Source: Candidatus Omnitrophota bacterium (GTDB lineage Bacteria > Omnitrophota > Gorgyraeia > Gygaellales > Profunditerraquicolaceae). From it: a DNA stretch of 64,000 nucleotides. Shown here piece after piece: positions 58,569 to 64,000 of this stretch. The notes below the pieces were generated by a model. That model was given only the letters and a program-made list of their open reading frames with translations. It ran no database searches and had not been told where the DNA came from. Within the stretch, counting starts at the first letter, position 1. Every line of letters starts with the position of its first letter. Position numbers and translations under genes: made by a program. The stretch spans positions 234,620 to 298,619 of the forward strand of contig JAPLLX010000001.1 of the NCBI GenBank assembly GCA_026387335.1, written 5' to 3'.

Positions 58569-61500
58569 CTAAGTAAATATCTATTTTAGGGATTTGACGG
58601 GATCTTATGCTTTCAGCGTAAGGGCTGGGTATAACAGAGGAATTAAGCTCGATAGGTTTATCTTTATACAAAAGAATAATTTTTACGATTTGCGCCGGAT
58701 TCTGGCCAAAGGTATCTTTTCTTTTGGGATTATGATAAGTTACCCTTATTTTACTTAAGAAATTAAAACTATAGTCTCCCTTTTTATCGAACAGCCAGCC
58801 AGCAAGCTTCGGGTCAAACTTCAACATAAGCTTTCCAGCATCGATAAAGAAGGGGCTCTTCCCGGTATTGATCTTTAGCCAAATCTCCAAAAATTCGGCA
58901 GTTGAGCCGGAGAGGCGGGCAACAAACCCGTTTCCGTGCAGCTTTTTATCCGCAAAAGCGCTGCTGACCAAAAATGAAGAATTTTCCAGTATATTCCTGC
59001 CGTAGACCTCGGGTTTCTGAAAAGGTATGAGTACATTTTTAAATTCCGCGTAAAATTCCTTATACAATCCGGATTTTAAAAGTTCCAGTATATATTTATA
59101 CTCCATATGCAGCCAGATAGATTCATTCTCCAGCCAACCGGGAGCAAAAACCCGGCACCTGCCGATTTCTTCAGGCATTTTAGCTAAAGGCGCGGTTACC
59201 TTATACATCTTAAGTTTTTTGTCAAAAAGCCGGCTTTTCTTTGTCCCCCGGTATATCAGTAGTGCCTCTTGCTGATTATCCGCTAAACGCAGGGCGTGCA
59301 TCTGGACCTCTAAGAAAAGCGGAAGCCGGATTTGTTTAAATTTAATTGGTTTTATAAAATGATCGCCTAAGGTTTTATATTCAGCCACCTCATTAATAAA
59401 ATAACCGTAATAGACACTTTCTTTTTTATCCCAGGCTTTTAAGATCCCGGCATCAATCTTTTTTAACATTGTCTCGATTATGCCGGATAATTCTTGAATA
59501 GACATTTCGCTTTCGTTTCCGCTTAAACCCATTTTTGTCAGGGAGCGATATTGTTCCTTAAGAGAATGTGTTTCATCCCACCAGGCGTAATCGTCAAGGG
59601 CATTATTCAGGAAACCAGAAGTTAACTCCGCCAACCCGCCTAAGAAAGAAGATATTTCCTGCGTAACTTTTAGCTTATCCGTCCCCGCCTGTTGGAGCGA
59701 TTCTTGAATAAAAAGAACGAGGCGTTTTAATTCTATTGTTTCGCATAAGGATGAACCGAAAAGGGCAGGCAGCCCGTTTAAGGCATCAAACCAATCAGGT
59801 TTATCTGATTCCATCTCTATGCCGATGCCGAACGGGTCAAAGGAAGCAAACTTATTGGCCAGTAGGCAGAGAAGTTTATTAATCAACGTAGTCTCATATA
59901 TTTGGCCGTGTCCCGCTTGCGCCCTTACCAGGTGAGGAAATTCATGGCGTTTATGCAGCATTTCCTTTTTGGCGTTATCGCAAGTAACCGCGTGTAATTG
60001 CCGGGGTTTACCCTTATAAAGGAGGAATTTTTCACTGCGCGGTTTAACCACTTCGGAATTATCGAAGAAAGTAAATACGCGGTCAGTAAATAACAAGGTG
60101 GTAAGCCTTTCGGGGTAGACTTTTAAGTAGCTACTCAAAAGGTCAAGGTTATAATGCCAGTGGTCGCTCCAGTAGCCTTCGCCATGCTCAGCCTCATGGG
60201 TTTTCAGCGACGAGGAGATAACTAATTCCAAGAGTTCATCGTAAGAAACATTAAGCTTAATTTTGTTATCTTCCATAAATAAGATAACTTCGCCAGGAGT
60301 AAAAGGCTTGCCTAAAAATGAAATTATACTCTCTAAGTCTTTTTCCGGGCAGACTGATTTTAATTTTGTTTTCAGGCTTTCTTTATCTTGGAGTATAAAG
60401 TTAGAGCCTTTGACCACCAGCGGATTAAAGCCGTCAAGTTGAATCAAATTAAAGAGGCTTAATACATTTTCATCTTTTATTTCGGGGTTAAACCAGATAT
60501 CGTTTCTGCGATTCTGGTTTAAATCCCGGTAATTGCCGTTACCCTGAGAAAAATAGGTGGCGGAAAGCTGGAATTTGTTATAGTCGCGCTCAGGATCGCC
60601 GTGTTTACGGGAATAAAGGTAGAATGTTTCACCGGATTTAAAAGTAAAAGGGTAGCCGCCGCGTATCAGATTATCCAGATAAGTCTGCCGGGAATACAGG
60701 TTAAATTCTTTAGAAGCTGATGCGGTATAAGCGTCAGCCATTAATTCTTCAATAATGCGCTTATTTTCCTCTTTTTTTTGAGCAAGGTATCCAGAGCAAG
60801 TAATCCGGGGTAGAGATTGATTCAGTGTGTTTAGATTGCGCATATAGCCAAATAGAGAGTAAAAGGTTTGAGCTTGGTCCTTTTTTAATTTAAGCTTAAA
60901 GAAAGAAAAGGCAGAGGGGGTCTTGCTTTCAGTTATTAGTCCGGTAGGAAAAACAAAATTTTTATTTTTAAGGAAATTGCGCGGACAAGAGAAATCTGTG
61001 ATCAGCCCAAAGATATGTTCGGGGTCAACTATCGGCCTGGCTAATTTTGCTTTACTATCTGTAACAGTAAAGCTCAAGTAGAAATTCCCTTCGTGAATAT
61101 GGATGACTTCCGGACGGTCAACCGGGTCAACCTTTAAACGGTAGAAGGGAGCGTTAGCCTGAAGATTCTCTATACTCATCCAGGCCTCAATAGTACGGGA
61201 CATCTTCTTTAAAAAGAAATTACTTGTGCCAAAAGGCACTATCTGAGGAAGCCCATCAATTAATTCTATGTTTTTGTCGGTCTTGGCAATATTTTCTAAG
61301 CTTAAGGTTCTGGCCAGGCCGGCATAATTATCCGAAGGGATATTAAAATACTCCACCCGGGTCTTTAATCCTAGGGAAAAGTTAGTTTCTTCAAGCGCTA
61401 AACCTGCAGGGCTAATCAACATTTTATTAGTTAAATTATACCCGAGATTGCTAAAACCATTATGAAAAGGTTCATAAAAAACGGTCTTATTTTGGGAAAC

Positions 61501-61773
61501 TATCTTAATGAAGGTGCGAAATCCTTGGCTGCTAACAAGTTGCCAGGCTTTATTTGCCGGAAGGAATTCCAAAATGGCATGGTCTTTATCCTTTATCCCA
61601 AAACTAGAAATAGCCTGTCCCCGATTGACATAAAAAGTCCACATCGGGATTCCATATCTACCGGCTATTCCGGGAAAGAAGTTGGAAAACGGCTTGGCGT
61701 AGTTATAGTTTTCTATGACAAACTCGCCATCTGGGTTAAGGTAATATTTGGGTCTTCGCTCTATTGTTTTCAT
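58564..61773 (-). CDS. Large glycoside phosphorylase-like protein (GH94-related (alpha/alpha)6 fold)
   Basis: Motifs 'GNYRD', 'DWFDALNGL', 'GWLENESIWLHMEYKY', 'LSGSTAE'; probable ATG at 61773. Confidence 0.6.
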   Translation of the reverse strand: MKTIERRPKYYLNPDGEFVIENYNYAKPFSNFFPGIAGRYGIPMWTFYVNRGQAISSFGIKDKDHAILEFLPANKAWQLVSSQGFRTFIKIVSQNKTVFYEPFHNGFSNLGYNLTNKMLISPAGLALEETNFSLGLKTRVEYFNIPSDNYAGLARTLSLENIAKTDKNIELIDGLPQIVPFGTSNFFLKKMSRTIEAWMSIENLQANAPFYRLKVDPVDRPEVIHIHEGNFYLSFTVTDSKAKLARPIVDPEHIFGLITDFSCPRNFLKNKNFVFPTGLITESKTPSAFSFFKLKLKKDQAQTFYSLFGYMRNLNTLNQSLPRITCSGYLAQKKEENKRIIEELMADAYTASASKEFNLYSRQTYLDNLIRGGYPFTFKSGETFYLYSRKHGDPERDYNKFQLSATYFSQGNGNYRDLNQNRRNDIWFNPEIKDENVLSLFNLIQLDGFNPLVVKGSNFILQDKESLKTKLKSVCPEKDLESIISFLGKPFTPGEVILFMEDNKIKLNVSYDELLELVISSSLKTHEAEHGEGYWSDHWHYNLDLLSSYLKVYPERLTTLLFTDRVFTFFDNSEVVKPRSEKFLLYKGKPRQLHAVTCDNAKKEMLHKRHEFPHLVRAQAGHGQIYETTLINKLLCLLANKFASFDPFGIGIEMESDKPDWFDALNGLPALFGSSLCETIELKRLVLFIQESLQQAGTDKLKVTQEISSFLGGLAELTSGFLNNALDDYAWWDETHSLKEQYRSLTKMGLSGNESEMSIQELSGIIETMLKKIDAGILKAWDKKESVYYGYFINEVAEYKTLGDHFIKPIKFKQIRLPLFLEVQMHALRLADNQQEALLIYRGTKKSRLFDKKLKMYKVTAPLAKMPEEIGRCRVFAPGWLENESIWLHMEYKYILELLKSGLYKEFYAEFKNVLIPFQKPEVYGRNILENSSFLVSSAFADKKLHGNGFVARLSGSTAEFLEIWLKINTGKSPFFIDAGKLMLKFDPKLAGWLFDKKGDYSFNFLSKIRVTYHNPKRKDTFGQNPAQIVKIILLYKDKPIELNSSVIPSPYAESIRSRQIPKIDIYLD

Positions 61774-61837
61774 ATTAAGATATTTTAACCTATTTAAGCT
61801 TTTTGTCCACAAATTTCTCTCAGCGGATGGATTGTGG

Positions 61838-61869
61838 TTGACTTTTAGCCTAAGAAATGTTAATATAAT
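61838..61869 (+). promoter_or_regulatory. Sigma70 promoter of gatCAB
   Basis: TTGACT-17 nt-TAATAT with extended TG (overlapping TATAAT). Confidence 0.5.
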
Positions 61870-61892
61870 TTTCTATAACTATAAGGAGCACT

Positions 61893-62180
61893 ATGAGTAT
61901 TGACAAAAAAACAGTTGAGAATGTGGCGCATTTGGCCCGCATTAACCTGGACAAAAAAGAACTGGATAAAATATCCGGCCAGCTGGAGCATATACTATCC
62001 TTTATTGATAAGTTAAGTTCTCTGAATACGGATAATATCGCTCCGACCAGCCACATACTCCCGATAAGTAATGTATTAAGAAAAGATGAACTGCGTAAGT
62101 CTTTGCCTATTGCCAAAACCCTGATGAACGCTCCCGCTAAACAGGGGAACTTTTTTGTAGTGCCCAAGATAATTGAATAA
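61893..62180 (+). CDS. gatC: Asp/Glu-tRNA amidotransferase subunit C
   Basis: [16 protein letters not shown]....FFVVPKII. Confidence 0.93.
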   Translation: MSIDKKTVENVAHLARINLDKKELDKISGQLEHILSFIDKLSSLNTDNIAPTSHILPISNVLRKDELRKSLPIAKTLMNAPAKQGNFFVVPKIIE

Positions 62181-62181
62181 A

Positions 62182-63603
62182 ATGGAACTTTCTAGATTAA
62201 CTGCCCACGAACTCCTCGAAAAAATCAGGAACAAAGAAATAACCTCTGAACAAATCCATTCAGATTTAAATAAAAAAATAGAAGAACTGGATCCTAAGGT
62301 TAAGGCTTATGTTAGAACATCCCACACCTTAAATCCCGAACCCAGCGTTAATCTTAAAGGGATCCCTGTATCCATAAAAGACAATATCTGTACCGAAGGT
62401 TACCACACCGAATGTTGCTCAAAAATTCTCGCAGGGTTTAATCCTCCGTATAACGCTACTGTAATTAATCGAATAATCGCCTCCGGTAATAGTTTCCTAG
62501 GGCTTAAATGTAATATGGATGAGTTTGCTTTTGGCTCATCTACGGAAAATTCCTGTTTTGGCCCGACGCATAACCCCTGGAATTTAGAATGCGTCCCCGG
62601 AGGTTCTTCCGGAGGTTCGGCAGCGGCAGTGGCGGCAGACGAAGCGATTTGGGCGCTGGGAACAGATACCGGAGGCTCTATTCGTCAACCAGCCTCTTTC
62701 TGCGGTGTAGTGGGATTAAAACCTACCTATGGAAGGGTTTCGCGTTTTGGTTTGATTGCTTTTGCCTCCAGCCTTGACCAGATCGGGCCATTGACTAAAG
62801 ATGTCCGGGATGCCGCGCTCTTGATGAATATAATATCCGGGTACGACGCAAATGATTCGACTTCAGTAAATACTCCTGTCCCGGATTATACCAAAGATTT
62901 AATCAATGACATTAAGGGGATGCGGGTCGGTATCCCGAAAGAATATTTTGTTAAAGGACTGGACCCTGAAGTTAAAGCAGCAGTCGAGGAAGCCATAAGC
63001 AAACTAAAAAGTTTGGGGGCTCAATTTAAAGAAGTCTCTTTGCCTCATACTGAATACGCTGTGCCGGTATATTATATTATCGCTACAGCTGAAGCCAGTT
63101 CCAATTTAGCCAGATTTGACGCAGTCCAGTACGGTTTGAGGGAAGATCAGAAAAGCTTAATTGATATGTATAAGAAGACGCGCCAACTCGGATTCGGGGA
63201 TGAGGCTAAGCGCAGAATACTCCTGGGGACATTTGCCCTTTCGCATGGCTATTATGACGCCTACTACCTGCGGGCCCAAAAGGTACGCACGCTTATCAAA
63301 CAAGACTTTGATAACGTCTTCAAAGATTTTGACTGCATTATCACGCCGACATCTCCTACGCCGGCGTTTAAAATCGGCGAAAAGACGGATGATCCTTTAA
63401 AAATGTACCTATCAGACATCTACACTATATCGGTTAATCTGGCGGGAATTCCGGCAATATCTGTCCCTTGCGGTTTTACTAAAAAGGGGCTGCCTGTGGG
63501 CTTACAAATTTTAAGCCAGCATTTTAATGAAGGTGCGCTTTTACGTTTAGCTTATACTTACGAACAGAATACCGGGTGGCATAAAATTAAACTAAAATTA
63601 TGA
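62182..63603 (+). CDS. gatA: Asp/Glu-tRNA amidotransferase subunit A
   Basis: [31 protein letters not shown]. Confidence 0.96.
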   Translation: MELSRLTAHELLEKIRNKEITSEQIHSDLNKKIEELDPKVKAYVRTSHTLNPEPSVNLKGIPVSIKDNICTEGYHTECCSKILAGFNPPYNATVINRIIASGNSFLGLKCNMDEFAFGSSTENSCFGPTHNPWNLECVPGGSSGGSAAAVAADEAIWALGTDTGGSIRQPASFCGVVGLKPTYGRVSRFGLIAFASSLDQIGPLTKDVRDAALLMNIISGYDANDSTSVNTPVPDYTKDLINDIKGMRVGIPKEYFVKGLDPEVKAAVEEAISKLKSLGAQFKEVSLPHTEYAVPVYYIIATAEASSNLARFDAVQYGLREDQKSLIDMYKKTRQLGFGDEAKRRILLGTFALSHGYYDAYYLRAQKVRTLIKQDFDNVFKDFDCIITPTSPTPAFKIGEKTDDPLKMYLSDIYTISVNLAGIPAISVPCGFTKKGLPVGLQILSQHFNEGALLRLAYTYEQNTGWHKIKLKL

Positions 63604-64000
63604 ATTACGAAACAGTTATCGGGTTAGAGGTCCATCTTCAACTTAAAACTAAAAGCAAGGCTTTTTGCGGCTGCTCTACGGAATTTGGTCAGGAGCCTAA
63701 TACCCAGGTTTGTCCTGTATGTTTAGGTTTTCCCGGCTCTTTACCGGTATTTAACCAGACGGCTTTGGATTATGCTATTAAAGTTGCTCTGGCTTTGAAC
63801 TGTAAAATCCAGGAATACACAAAATTTGACCGCAAGAATTATTTTTATCCTGATCTGCCCAAAAATTATCAAATTTCACAATACGACCTTCCTTTATCGC
63901 TTGCCGGGTATCTTGATATTGAGTTGGAGGAAAGGCAAAAACGCATCGGTATTACCCGGGTGCATATGGAAGAAGACGCGGGCAAGCTTATTCATCAGGA
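63600..64000 (+). CDS. gatB: Asp/Glu-tRNA amidotransferase subunit B, 3'-truncated by window edge
   Basis: [51 protein letters not shown]. Confidence 0.95.
   Translation, partial: MNYETVIGLEVHLQLKTKSKAFCGCSTEFGQEPNTQVCPVCLGFPGSLPVFNQTALDYAIKVALALNCKIQEYTKFDRKNYFYPDLPKNYQISQYDLPLSLAGYLDIELEERQKRIGITRVHMEEDAGKLIHQ

Noticed and set aside
61462-61788. 108-aa plus-strand ORF
   Set aside because: Antisense to the long phosphorylase-like gene; no motifs.

Overview
A mostly + strand, AT-rich bacterial chromosomal segment from a diderm organism (LptD-like and beta-barrel proteins). Gene content and order resemble Ca. Omnitrophota/PVC, which is an inference. Core genes: miaB-SPOR-miaA-hflX; CIRCE-hrcA-grpE-dnaK-dnaJ; accD; an orphan sugar-ABC ATPase followed by two diguanylate cyclases, a ROK kinase and transaldolase; lptD-like plus four nucleotide-sugar genes; dnaG-rpoD; PAS-GGDEF-HD-GYP; tRNA(CAT) and tRNA-Val; rnhA; rnpB; yebC-ruvCA-scpB; pheA-hisC-aroF-tyrA-cmk; lepA-lepB-pgsA-plsY; a large outer-membrane protein; a minus-strand glycoside-phosphorylase-like gene; gatCAB (gatB partial). 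Best novel signals: (1) a ~4.9 kb integrase-less island (DXD glycosyltransferase, GT25/sulfotransferase-like/GH16 fusion, carbamoyltransferase) bracketed by two degenerate copies of the miaB 5' end, suggesting the miaB 5' end is an integration hotspot; (2) a covarying 12-bp stem/13-nt conserved-loop motif abutting two Shine-Dalgarno sites, one inside a switch-like leader; (3) a palindromic in-frame insertion in ugd; (4) archaeal-like DnaK/DnaJ; (5) an atypical RNase P RNA. No CRISPR array, rRNA, integrase or transposase was seen. All calls come from reading motifs by eye; no searches were run.
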